A stretch of 64,000 bases of DNA. Origin: a virus (Duplodnaviria; Caudoviricetes). The notes below the pieces were generated by a model. The model was given only the letters and a program-made list of their open reading frames with translations. It made no database searches and had not been told where the DNA came from. Below are positions 26,241 to 35,063 of the stretch, piece by piece (positions within the stretch are counted from its first letter, which is position 1; each line of letters starts with the position of its first letter). Made by a program: the position numbers and the translations under genes. Location: positions 54,886-118,885 of IMG/VR virus record IMGVR_UViG_2906626472_000001, one strand, 5' to 3'.

Positions 26241-28496
26241 GTGGAAAACAAAATCATCTTCCATGCGAACATCGATGATGATCCGACCGACTTCACGCGG
26301 TTGCAGGATTTCGCCGAAGCTTCGCTCGACCACGTCGTCCTCGACGGCATCAGCAGCCTGACCAAGTACGTCGGCTTCGGCGTCACGAAGTCGGCTGTGA
26401 CGCAGATCTCTGTCGCGACTGGCCGTCTCTATTCGGCCGGCAAGGTCTACTCCTCGGCGGACAACGCCTGGAGCAAGGACTTCATCACGCAGCTGCCGGT
26501 CGCCGGCAAGCGCATCGCTTCGGTCGTGACCTGGGGGCAGGAGTCGGACACCGACATCCGTCCGCGCCAGTTCCTGATCAACGCTGAGACGCGCCAGGCT
26601 GAGCCGCAGGCCGTTCCGCTGGTTCACTCCCGCGTCGCGAGCCTCAACGTCGTGCTCGGTGCCGAGGCTCCGGACCCGACCGCGCCGCTGGTGGACGCCG
26701 GCTACACGGTCATCGCCAACGTCGTCCTGACGCCGACCGGCGTCGACACGATCACGATGGTCACCGACAACCAGCTGCCGAGCGTGCAGGCGCACGAGCA
26801 GCGAATCGACGACCTCGAAGTCTTCGAGGAGACCGCCGGTCTCCAGATCAAGACGCTCGCTTCCGACATCGCGGCCCTCAAGGCTGCCGGCTCGAAAGGC
26901 GACGTCGATCAGGCCACCATGGGCCGCACGCTGGTTCGTCTGGCCGTGCTCGAGTCCAAGAACGGCGTGGTCTACAACGCGATCGACTCGGACGCGAACT
27001 TCTTCCTCGACACCACGAAGTCGCAGCTGGATGACCCGCTATCGCATGTGAAGGTGGAAGAGGGCATCCGTATGCCGCACGCCGCCGAAGGCGCCGCGGC
27101 CCTCCAGATCTTCAACCCGCTTGATCCGAGCGCGACGATCAAGAACGGCATCATGTTCCCCGCCTACACGCGGGAAGCCTGGCTCCAGTCCGGCAACATC
27201 AGCGGTGAGCTGCAAGTCGCGGCTTACTCGGTCCAGTCGTTCGACATGGTCCAGAAGATGATGTCGAAGACCCGCATCCGATACGGCGACGAGTTCTACG
27301 TCTGCACGAACAGCTTGTTCTGGCAGACCGGACAGTACAACGGCGCCGGCCTGTTCTTCCGCGACGGGGCGACCTACGAGGTCGAGAACCCGCAGGACAC
27401 GCCGTACCACGCCTTCATCCGCCTGCGTCAGATCTGGATCGACCGCTGGGATGAGCCGTACTGGGAAAAGGTGACGACCACCACCACGGTGACCGGCACC
27501 CAGATCGCCGAGACCTGGCTCCAGGGCCAGAACATGTGGCTCGATGCCGTTGGCGTCTGGTTCACCCGTCTCGCGGCCTCCGGCTCGGCTCACTTCGCCA
27601 TCGTCGAGGTCTCCGACTACGGTCTGCCGAACCTCAAGGCGTGTATCGCTCAGACCACGGTGCTCCGCGAGAACCTCGTTCTCCAAGGAGAGACCAAGGT
27701 CTCGTTCCAGCCGACCTTCCTCCAGGCCGGTAAGCGCTACGCGGTCGTCGTGACCACGGCAGCCGACCACTGGGTCGCCACGGTCCCGGGTCAGCAGTTC
27801 ACGTCCGGCACGTTCTTCTACGTGCTCGATGGCGCCTACGCCCAGGGCGATGCGTTCAAGGATCTGTGGATGCGGCTCTACCGCTGCAAGTTCAACCAGG
27901 CCCGTGCGGTCATCACGTTGAACCCCCTGCAGCTGGCCGGCGGCATTCTCGCGATCGACCTGCTCACCGGCACGGTCGTCCCGGACGGCACCTCGCTCAC
28001 GTACGAGATCCAGGTCGGTTCGACTTGGTACAACTTCCTCGACGTGGACAAGTACATGCTCGGCCAGGGCGGCACGATCCCGCCGCTGCTCCCGCTGCGA
28101 GCCGTCTTCATGGGCTCCGTCGACTGCATGCCGTGCATCAACCTGGCTGACAGCTCGGTCTACGTGTCCCGCCCGGATGTCTATGCGCAGCACGTCTCCA
28201 AGACGCGCACGCTGCCGGCGGCCTCGACCTCGATCCGAGTCATCGAGCGCTACGAATACTTCGATCCGGCCTACCACACGGCAAGCTGCAAGCTTCTGAC
28301 CGGTGCGGGCTTCACGACGCAAGTATCTCCGTCCTCGGTCTCCACCTGGATCGATCCGGACGATGGCGCTTACGAGAAGACCTACGTCTTCAACCTCGGC
28401 GCAGCGATCACGCAGTTCAGGAAGCTGACCCGTCTCGACACCTCGACCAACCAGCGTGTGTTCCACGTCGGTTGGCAAAAGGACTACGCCGTCTAA
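26241..28496 (+). CDS. large baseplate/tail-fibre attachment protein
   Basis: 751-aa beta-rich ORF between gpI and the tail fibre; GTG start. Confidence 0.7.
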   Translation: MENKIIFHANIDDDPTDFTRLQDFAEASLDHVVLDGISSLTKYVGFGVTKSAVTQISVATGRLYSAGKVYSSADNAWSKDFITQLPVAGKRIASVVTWGQESDTDIRPRQFLINAETRQAEPQAVPLVHSRVASLNVVLGAEAPDPTAPLVDAGYTVIANVVLTPTGVDTITMVTDNQLPSVQAHEQRIDDLEVFEETAGLQIKTLASDIAALKAAGSKGDVDQATMGRTLVRLAVLESKNGVVYNAIDSDANFFLDTTKSQLDDPLSHVKVEEGIRMPHAAEGAAALQIFNPLDPSATIKNGIMFPAYTREAWLQSGNISGELQVAAYSVQSFDMVQKMMSKTRIRYGDEFYVCTNSLFWQTGQYNGAGLFFRDGATYEVENPQDTPYHAFIRLRQIWIDRWDEPYWEKVTTTTTVTGTQIAETWLQGQNMWLDAVGVWFTRLAASGSAHFAIVEVSDYGLPNLKACIAQTTVLRENLVLQGETKVSFQPTFLQAGKRYAVVVTTAADHWVATVPGQQFTSGTFFYVLDGAYAQGDAFKDLWMRLYRCKFNQARAVITLNPLQLAGGILAIDLLTGTVVPDGTSLTYEIQVGSTWYNFLDVDKYMLGQGGTIPPLLPLRAVFMGSVDCMPCINLADSSVYVSRPDVYAQHVSKTRTLPAASTSIRVIERYEYFDPAYHTASCKLLTGAGFTTQVSPSSVSTWIDPDDGAYEKTYVFNLGAAITQFRKLTRLDTSTNQRVFHVGWQKDYAV

Positions 28497-28517
28497 GGCG
28501 GAAAGGACAACTCCAAC

Positions 28518-28724
28518 ATGACCGACAACACGAACGCGGCCACCCCCGAGGTGGTCGCGAGCGAACCCGCGCCGGCTCCCGTCTACTACGACGTGAAGCT
28601 GAACGCCCGGTTCACGCTGCAAGACTTCAATTACCTGCCGAGGGACCATCACATCGTGGACAAGACGGTCTACGACGCGATGGAAGCCGCGGGGGTGGTT
28701 GCCGATGTCAAGCAACTTTCCTGA
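28518..28724 (+). CDS. small tail-region protein
   Basis: AAAGGA RBS; 68 aa. Confidence 0.65.
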   Translation: MTDNTNAATPEVVASEPAPAPVYYDVKLNARFTLQDFNYLPRDHHIVDKTVYDAMEAAGVVADVKQLS

Positions 28725-30387
28725 GCTTGTATTCAGCGAGGATGAAGACTTCACGGCTGATCGTTTGAACTCGGCGATGGAGGTGCTCGATAAGCGCCTC
28801 CGCGCCCTGGAGCCCTTCACGCCTTCTTGGCAGCAGGCAGTCAACGATCTGCGTGACGTCGGTCTCTCTCGTTTGAACGACGCCATACTGCCGGCGTATC
28901 AGCGCATCCAGCTGCTGTCCACGCTCGGCTTCCTCTTCGCTGGTTCGTCCAGCGAAGTCACTCTCACCAACGACATGACTGCGACGTTCATCATCGACGG
29001 TGAAACGCAGAAGTCTCTATTCACGCCTACGCCATTCCTGGCGCTGACGCGCTCCTCGACGGTCGATGACTGGGCTATCGCCCAGCTGATCTCCTACGAG
29101 GCTGCGACCGGCACCTTGATGGTGAAGGTCAAGGCGATCACCGGCAACGCCGGCCCGCACACTGATTGGCAGATCGGCGCATGCGCGGGTAATACCGCCG
29201 CTGCGATGGCGTATTTCGCCCAGATCGATGCGGCCCGCAACCAGTCGAACGTTGCCAAGGCGGCGACCGCAGCTGATCGCGTGCAGACCGGACTTGACCG
29301 GGTCCAGACTGGGCTCGACGTTACGGCTGCAAACATTGCCAAGGAACAGGCGCAGGCGGCTGCCTCGGGTGCAGGCACCTGGGATCCGACGAACTACGCG
29401 CTGAAGACCTACGTCGACAACGCCATCGCCAACCTGATCGGGGCAGCTCCGTCCACATTGGACACGCTGCAGGAGATTGCGCAGCGGTTCGTCACGGACG
29501 AGAACGCGCTCAACTCTCTGACCACCACGGTTTCTGGAAAGCTCCAGAAGTCGATGAACCTCAGCGACTTGACGGATACGGTTGCTGCAAAGGCAAACCT
29601 TGGCATCTCGTTCGCCAATCCGACATCGAAGTCGGGCCTTGCTGCCGTGGCCGGATCGGCCGTCACCTACATGCGCTCGGATGCTGCTCCGGCAATCGAT
29701 GTCTCGATTTCGCCGACCTGGACGGGAAAGCACATCTACCAGTATTCGTCTGGACTGAGCTACGTCCATCAGACGAGCACCTGGGGTGGGCTCTCGGTCT
29801 ACGCTCCCGACCAAGGAACCGCCTTCATCAGCTATCATCGCGGCGTTTATGCGGTGAACGCTGGTCTCGACGGCGACAACTGGTGGCGCATCGGCGGTTG
29901 GTCTGATGGCGCTGCCTGGCGCTTCGGCGTCAGCCCGGCTGGTCTGATGCAGTCCGCAGGCTACGGCGCAAACACCACGCCAGTGGCAAGCCAGGTTCGA
30001 GCCGCAGGCGACATCATCTACGGCGTCTCCGATGTGCGTCTGAAGAAGGACATCGAGACGATCGAGAACGCTCTGGAGAAGATCCGGCAGCTGCGAGGCG
30101 TCACCTGGGATCAGAGCGATCTGGCCAAGGAGCTGAAGGCGCCTGATCAGCCCCGCCGCAAGGCAGGTCTGCTGGCTCAGGATCTGCAGAAGGTTCTGCC
30201 TGAAGCGGTCGGCCTCGCGCCGTTTGACACCGACAAGTTCGGTAGGAGCAAGTCGGGGCTCGACCTCCTGAACATCTACTACGAGCAGCTCTCCGGCCTC
30301 TTGGTCGAGGCTGTCAAGGAGTTGGCGGACAGGAATGATGCGCTCGAAGCGCGCCTGGCCAAGCTCGAAGCAAAACTGGGGGTCTAA
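28705..30387 (+). CDS. tail fibre with C-terminal peptidase S74 intramolecular chaperone
   Basis: APSTLDTLQEIA, NLSDL, YHRGVYAVNAGLDGDN..RIGGWS tip motif, SDVRLKKDI...GLLAQDLQKVLPEAV...LVEAVKEL. Confidence 0.92.
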   Translation: MSSNFPELVFSEDEDFTADRLNSAMEVLDKRLRALEPFTPSWQQAVNDLRDVGLSRLNDAILPAYQRIQLLSTLGFLFAGSSSEVTLTNDMTATFIIDGETQKSLFTPTPFLALTRSSTVDDWAIAQLISYEAATGTLMVKVKAITGNAGPHTDWQIGACAGNTAAAMAYFAQIDAARNQSNVAKAATAADRVQTGLDRVQTGLDVTAANIAKEQAQAAASGAGTWDPTNYALKTYVDNAIANLIGAAPSTLDTLQEIAQRFVTDENALNSLTTTVSGKLQKSMNLSDLTDTVAAKANLGISFANPTSKSGLAAVAGSAVTYMRSDAAPAIDVSISPTWTGKHIYQYSSGLSYVHQTSTWGGLSVYAPDQGTAFISYHRGVYAVNAGLDGDNWWRIGGWSDGAAWRFGVSPAGLMQSAGYGANTTPVASQVRAAGDIIYGVSDVRLKKDIETIENALEKIRQLRGVTWDQSDLAKELKAPDQPRRKAGLLAQDLQKVLPEAVGLAPFDTDKFGRSKSGLDLLNIYYEQLSGLLVEAVKELADRNDALEARLAKLEAKLGV

Positions 30388-30390
30388 GAA

Positions 30391-30624
30391 ATGGCCGTTC
30401 CATCATCAGGAGCGGTCGCTTTCTCGACCGTCAACTCTGTCTTCGGCTACGGCGGCGCGATGAGCAGCTACGTCGGCAAGTATTACTACTGGTACGATCC
30501 AAACTGGGGTGTGCGCTCCGCCCAATTCCCCGGCTCGAACTTCCCGATGACGATGTTCTACGGCACGTCGGGCCACGACGAATGGAATTGTGCCTGCGAC
30601 TGCAACTGCGCCTGCGGCAAATAA
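30391..30624 (+). CDS. Cys-rich-tailed small protein A (putative fibre-tip protein / RiPP-like precursor)
   Basis: 77 aa, starts 3 nt after the fibre stop; ends FYGTSGHDEWNCACDCNCACGK; paralog adjacent. Confidence 0.85.
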   Translation: MAVPSSGAVAFSTVNSVFGYGGAMSSYVGKYYYWYDPNWGVRSAQFPGSNFPMTMFYGTSGHDEWNCACDCNCACGK

Positions 30625-30636
30625 CGGAGGTCACTG

Positions 30637-30855
30637 ATGGCTATTGCTACCTCAGGCAGCATCGCAATGTCGACGGTCCAATCAGTTTTCGCCCGAGGCT
30701 ACTCCATTAGCGGATATCGCGGGACGCAATACTACACGTCGGCGGGATTGGGAACTTTCCCGACTGGAGGCTTCCCATTCTCGGCGTTCTACGGGACGTC
30801 ACCCAATAATGAGTGGGCTTGCGCCTGCGACTGTAACTGCAACTGCGGCAAATGA
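30637..30855 (+). CDS. Cys-rich-tailed small protein B (paralog of A)
   Basis: 72 aa, GGAGG RBS; ends FYGTSPNNEWACACDCNCNCGK. Confidence 0.85.
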   Translation: MAIATSGSIAMSTVQSVFARGYSISGYRGTQYYTSAGLGTFPTGGFPFSAFYGTSPNNEWACACDCNCNCGK

Positions 30856-30861
30856 GGACAC

Positions 30862-31173
30862 ATGGAAAAGAAATTCAGCTTCAAAGTGAAGGACTGGAGC
30901 GCTGACGGCTCAGCGCGAGTGGAATACATCCACGGCACGCTCGGCACCATCACCAAGTCCGTCTTCATTCCGCTGAACTTCTCCGAGGAGGAGCAGCGCA
31001 GCGCGATCGCGATGCAGTTCCCGTCGACCATGTTCCACTCACGGTGGCTTGGTTATCTGCAACGCGAGGCACCTCTTCCGGCACCCGCCGCCATGGAAGG
31101 GGAGTTCACGTTCAGCCTCGATCGGCCGGATGACAATCTGGTCGAGCAGGCGCACGAGATCGAAAAGGTCTGA
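30862..31173 (+). CDS. hypothetical protein in the modification cluster
   Basis: GAGGA RBS, 103 aa, coupled to the next gene. Confidence 0.7.
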   Translation: MEKKFSFKVKDWSADGSARVEYIHGTLGTITKSVFIPLNFSEEEQRSAIAMQFPSTMFHSRWLGYLQREAPLPAPAAMEGEFTFSLDRPDDNLVEQAHEIEKV

Positions 31174-31715
31174 TGCGCCGCAAGCGTATGCGGTTCGGAA
31201 GTTTTATGGTCACGCTCTTCACCTGCTACGCGGGTGAGGAGCGGATCATTCCTCCTGGCGAACTGAACCGGGGCATCACTGAAGCCCCGATCGATGATCT
31301 CATCGAGATCAACAAGAATGCCAAGCCGCTAAACCCCATCACGGTCTTCACCAAGGGATCGTTCGAGATGGATCTCGGCTGGGACAAACCATTCCCTATC
31401 AAGGCGGGTGAGGGTGGATACAGAGGCGCTTTTGCGGAGCGTCTGGACAACATTCGGCTACGTGCAGTCGAAGACGGCAGCGAATATCACTGCATTCTTC
31501 CGCTCGATCGAACGGCTCGATACTGGGACAGGCGCCCAGTGAGCTGTGACGAGGGTCAAGCGATCGAGCTTTCCGCCGGCCAGTTTCTATACATCGCGAC
31601 GGGCGCGATCGAGATTGGCGGCAAGACCTTCACCGGTCCTGCCATGGTGGAGTCATCCAAGGACCAGACTGCAATGGCCACAGAGCGTGTGATCGGTGCA
31701 AAGATATGGATCTGA
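31173..31715 (+). CDS. hypothetical beta-rich (cupin-like) protein
   Basis: TGATG coupling; FLYIATGAIEIGGKTF and VFTKGSFEM strands suggest a double-stranded beta-helix. Confidence 0.6.
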   Translation: MRRKRMRFGSFMVTLFTCYAGEERIIPPGELNRGITEAPIDDLIEINKNAKPLNPITVFTKGSFEMDLGWDKPFPIKAGEGGYRGAFAERLDNIRLRAVEDGSEYHCILPLDRTARYWDRRPVSCDEGQAIELSAGQFLYIATGAIEIGGKTFTGPAMVESSKDQTAMATERVIGAKIWI

Positions 31716-32437
31716 GTTTCAAACCCAAACACTACCTCCCGGTCCTGTACACGGGATTGGCCGCCGTTGTGCTCGGCGCAATTCTCGTGCTGATCGGCGT
31801 GGTTTGGTGGCCGTGGCTGCTCCTGACCTGGAGCGTCTACTGCTTCCTGGCTATCACCAATTCGGCCGGTCACCACCGGCTATTCTGTCATGGCTCATAC
31901 GAGACATCGACATTCTGGGAAGTGTTCCTGATCCTGACGGGGACGCTGTCCTGCTATAGCTCGTCGCTGCAATACTGCGTGACCCACAGCTGGCACCACA
32001 AATACGCGGACACCGATGGTGATCCCCATCACTTCGAGTCGTTCTGGGACGTTTTCCGTGAGAGCTATCGCATGGAGAACGCCCCGCTCAGCAGCCGGAA
32101 GGCAATGGCCAGACTCCTGAAGCGTCCGGGCCATGCCTTCTTCCATCGCTACTTCTGGGCTTTCCCGGCCCTGATGGTGGTGATCCTGGCCCTCATCGGC
32201 TGGAAGGTGCTCCTGTTTGGATATGTGGCTCCGGTGGGCATCATCCTGTTCTCGGCAGCGATGTTCAACTTCCTGTCCCACGACGACGACGGTCCGAACA
32301 ACAAAACAATCGCGCTGTTCGTCTCTGGCGAGGGTAGGCACAAGCTCCATCACGAGAACCCGCACCTTTGGGATTTGCGGCAGAGGTGGTGGCACATCGA
32401 TCCGAGCGCCTGGCTCATCTCGCTCATCAAGAGGTAA
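31706..32437 (+). CDS. membrane fatty-acid desaturase family protein
   Basis: Three His boxes GHHRLFCH, HSWHH..D...DPH, GEGRHKLHH, plus TM helices and a C-terminal IDP motif. Confidence 0.9.
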   Translation: MDLSFKPKHYLPVLYTGLAAVVLGAILVLIGVVWWPWLLLTWSVYCFLAITNSAGHHRLFCHGSYETSTFWEVFLILTGTLSCYSSSLQYCVTHSWHHKYADTDGDPHHFESFWDVFRESYRMENAPLSSRKAMARLLKRPGHAFFHRYFWAFPALMVVILALIGWKVLLFGYVAPVGIILFSAAMFNFLSHDDDGPNNKTIALFVSGEGRHKLHHENPHLWDLRQRWWHIDPSAWLISLIKR

Positions 32438-32439
32438 CA

Positions 32440-33069
32440 ATGCCGACGATCCGCTTTCTGACGCCTGCGGACTATCCAGACATGTGCGATATCCTGGACA
32501 AGCACACCAGCGGTCCAGGCGCCTATGCCAATGACCGCACCGCCGCTCCGTCAGCGGATTTTAACTGGCATGCGAAGTGGTACATCGACACGCTCTTCGA
32601 GGCGGCGATGACCAACTTCTTCGGCTACTTCGATGACGAGGGGCGACTCGCGGCGTTCGTTTGCTTCATCCGGTGGGTTAACGACACCGATATCTCCATC
32701 AACATCAAGGTGGAAGACCCGACCATCGATCTCCCTCGTGCGGAGGGGGCTCGCTGGTCGGATGTCACCATCGACCTGATCAACTGGGGTGTCGGCTACT
32801 TCTACTCAGAAGGCGTGACGACGTTCTGGACGCTGATGATGAGTGGGCAAGAGGCCGCAAGCTTCGCCGCCCATGAGAACTGCATCCTCAACCAGTACGG
32901 CAAGGAAAAAGTCCTGTCGCTTCCGGCCGGCGAGTTGCCGCCGGAGCAATATCGGCGTGTGCAGTGGATGCCGATTTTTCAGGACTCGGAGATCTACAAA
33001 TACACCGATCCGCTGCCGCTGTCTGAATACCTGAAAGTAGAGAATGATCCGACTGGACTTGCTGGATAG
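32440..33069 (+). CDS. putative GNAT-fold acyltransferase
   Basis: IRFLTPADY..., FGYFDDEGRLAAFV, LINWGVGYFYSEGVTTFW resemble GNAT topology; GAGG RBS. Confidence 0.5.
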   Translation: MPTIRFLTPADYPDMCDILDKHTSGPGAYANDRTAAPSADFNWHAKWYIDTLFEAAMTNFFGYFDDEGRLAAFVCFIRWVNDTDISINIKVEDPTIDLPRAEGARWSDVTIDLINWGVGYFYSEGVTTFWTLMMSGQEAASFAAHENCILNQYGKEKVLSLPAGELPPEQYRRVQWMPIFQDSEIYKYTDPLPLSEYLKVENDPTGLAG

Positions 33070-34342
33070 GGACGGGGAGGTCGTGCCCCTGTTCTATGAT
33101 CAGCACACGTCACGACTGATGGACCAAAACGGCTGGCGAGCCATCGACTTCACGGGGCACCAGCTACTCGAGTCCGCGCCGACAGAGCGCCGCAAGTTCA
33201 TTGCGGTCGACTACGACCAGCCGGGCAAGAAGGTCCGCGAGGTCACCAAGCTGAAGATCCAGCTCGGCCTCGGCTGCAACTATTCCTGCGCCTACTGCCT
33301 TCAGGCGGCGCAGATCCACAAGGCCGCAGCGTCATCGACGCGCGATGCCAGCGAGTTCCTCTCGAACATCGACAACTGGATCGGCGCTCCCGAGGGCATG
33401 GAGAAGGTCGAGCTGTGGGGCGGCGAGCCGCTGCTCTACTGGAAGAAGATCGAGGTTCTCGCGCCCGCGCTGAAGGAGAAGTTCCCGAACGCCCGCTTCT
33501 CGATCATCACCAACGGATCGCTCCTGACCCGTGAGATCGTCGATCAGCTGAAGGCGTGGGACTTCTCGGTCTCGATCAGCCACGACGGTCCGGGCCAGCA
33601 CATCCGCGGCGATGACCCGTTCGAGGATCCACACAAGTTCGCCTTCATCCAGTATGCATTCAAGCAGCTGCATCCACGCTTCTCGTTCAACTCGGTCCTG
33701 ACGCCGGCAAGCCACGACGTCAGCGCCATCATCGACTGGTTCCAGGACTACTTCCCGGGATGCAATGTCGCGTTCGAGGGCGTGGTTCACAGTTACGCCG
33801 CGGACGCTTCGTCGATCTTCACGATCGAGCAGCTGGAGCAGTTCAGCGACATGCTGTCGCGCCAGCTCGTCGACGGAAGCGCGTTGCGTTCGCCGGCAAT
33901 GGCAGACAAGCTCCGCAGGGCGATGACCTCGCTCGTGAACGAGCGCTCGTCTGATACCTTGTTCCAGAAGTGCGGGATGGACACGCCGGAATACCTGGCC
34001 GTCGATCTCAAGGGCAACGTCATGACCTGCCAGAACGTGGGTGCCAACGGCAACCACAAGATCGGGCATGTGGACGACTTCGAGAGCATCGCGCTCAACA
34101 CCTCGCGCCACTGGAGCAAACGCGCCGAATGTCAGAGCTGCCCCGTGCTGCAGCTTTGCCAGGGTGCCTGCATGTACCAGGGCGGTGACAACTGGACGCA
34201 CAGCTGCAACGCCGAGTTCTATTACAACCTAGCCTTTCTCCGCGTGGCCCTCTACGGGCTGACCGGTCGATGGCTGACTGGGTTCTCTGGCGACATCGTC
34301 AGGCCGACCCTGAAAAAGGATCGACATGTCCAAGTTCGTTAA
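33044..34342 (+). CDS. radical SAM enzyme with SPASM domain (putative peptide maturase)
   Basis: CNYSCAYC, WGGEPLL, ITNG, SISHDG; SPASM C..G...C...CQSCPVLQLCQGAC...C. Confidence 0.95.
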   Translation: MIRLDLLDRDGEVVPLFYDQHTSRLMDQNGWRAIDFTGHQLLESAPTERRKFIAVDYDQPGKKVREVTKLKIQLGLGCNYSCAYCLQAAQIHKAAASSTRDASEFLSNIDNWIGAPEGMEKVELWGGEPLLYWKKIEVLAPALKEKFPNARFSIITNGSLLTREIVDQLKAWDFSVSISHDGPGQHIRGDDPFEDPHKFAFIQYAFKQLHPRFSFNSVLTPASHDVSAIIDWFQDYFPGCNVAFEGVVHSYAADASSIFTIEQLEQFSDMLSRQLVDGSALRSPAMADKLRRAMTSLVNERSSDTLFQKCGMDTPEYLAVDLKGNVMTCQNVGANGNHKIGHVDDFESIALNTSRHWSKRAECQSCPVLQLCQGACMYQGGDNWTHSCNAEFYYNLAFLRVALYGLTGRWLTGFSGDIVRPTLKKDRHVQVR

Positions 34343-35063
34343 GCTGGCAGCCCAGCTGGACAAGATCCCGCACCTGAAGCTGGGGCCAGAGTTCTTCGTG
34401 CCCCTGCTCCAGGCCGAGCTGGCTGCGATCGACGCGGCGCTCTTCGTGCCGTATCGATCCAAGAGTCACAACACGGCGCACATCGCCAAGTCCTGGCACG
34501 GCCTGTCCCTAATCTCTCCGGGCGGAACGGTTCACGGCGACCTCACCGAGGAGCCTTATGCCGGCCGCACGGACTGCGCATGGACGCCGATCGCAGAGGC
34601 CAGCCCCTACATCAAGCACGTCATCAGTGAGCTTGGCGGCGAGGGCCAGCGGGCTCGGTTCATGTGCATGCGGGCAGGCGGGAGCCTCACCTGGCACCGG
34701 CACGGCACCGAGATTTCGATCGAGCAGGGCAACATCATGGGCCAGCTCAGGCCCAACTGGTACGAGGTCATCGTCCACGTCCCGGTGCGATCGAACCCGG
34801 AATACAGCTACGAGGTCATCGCCGCTCACGAGTACGAGCTGGGCGACTTCTTCGCTGCCGGCATGAAGATCCACTCGCAGAACTATCCGGAGGGAGAGGC
34901 GTGGGCCTTCAACGGCACCCACTACCACAACGTCTTCAACCGCTCGGCCACACAGGATCGCTACTCGATCATGCTGACAGCGGACATCCGGATGAAGAAG
35001 ACCTTCGACATCGTGTCGAAAGCCATTGAGGCCTATGACGGGCCGCTGATCGAGAGGTCCTGA
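34326..35063 (+). CDS. AspH-like Fe(II) oxygenase, copy 1
   Basis: W.GLSL, WT.IAE..PYI, RARFM.M.AG..L.WHRH, HVPV.SNP, GEAWAFN..HYHNVFN....RY. Confidence 0.8.
   Translation: MSKFVKLAAQLDKIPHLKLGPEFFVPLLQAELAAIDAALFVPYRSKSHNTAHIAKSWHGLSLISPGGTVHGDLTEEPYAGRTDCAWTPIAEASPYIKHVISELGGEGQRARFMCMRAGGSLTWHRHGTEISIEQGNIMGQLRPNWYEVIVHVPVRSNPEYSYEVIAAHEYELGDFFAAGMKIHSQNYPEGEAWAFNGTHYHNVFNRSATQDRYSIMLTADIRMKKTFDIVSKAIEAYDGPLIERS

Noticed and set aside
22129-28886. Very long minus-strand ORFs (for example 22129-24468 and 27039-28886, also 15247-16809 and 36000-37775)
   Set aside because: They are antisense shadows of GC3-biased structural genes and contain no recognisable motifs.
28705-30855. Diversity-generating retroelement or invertible tail-fibre switch
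   Set aside because: No reverse transcriptase, template/variable repeat pair, invertase or inverted cassette; A and B differ far beyond adenine positions.
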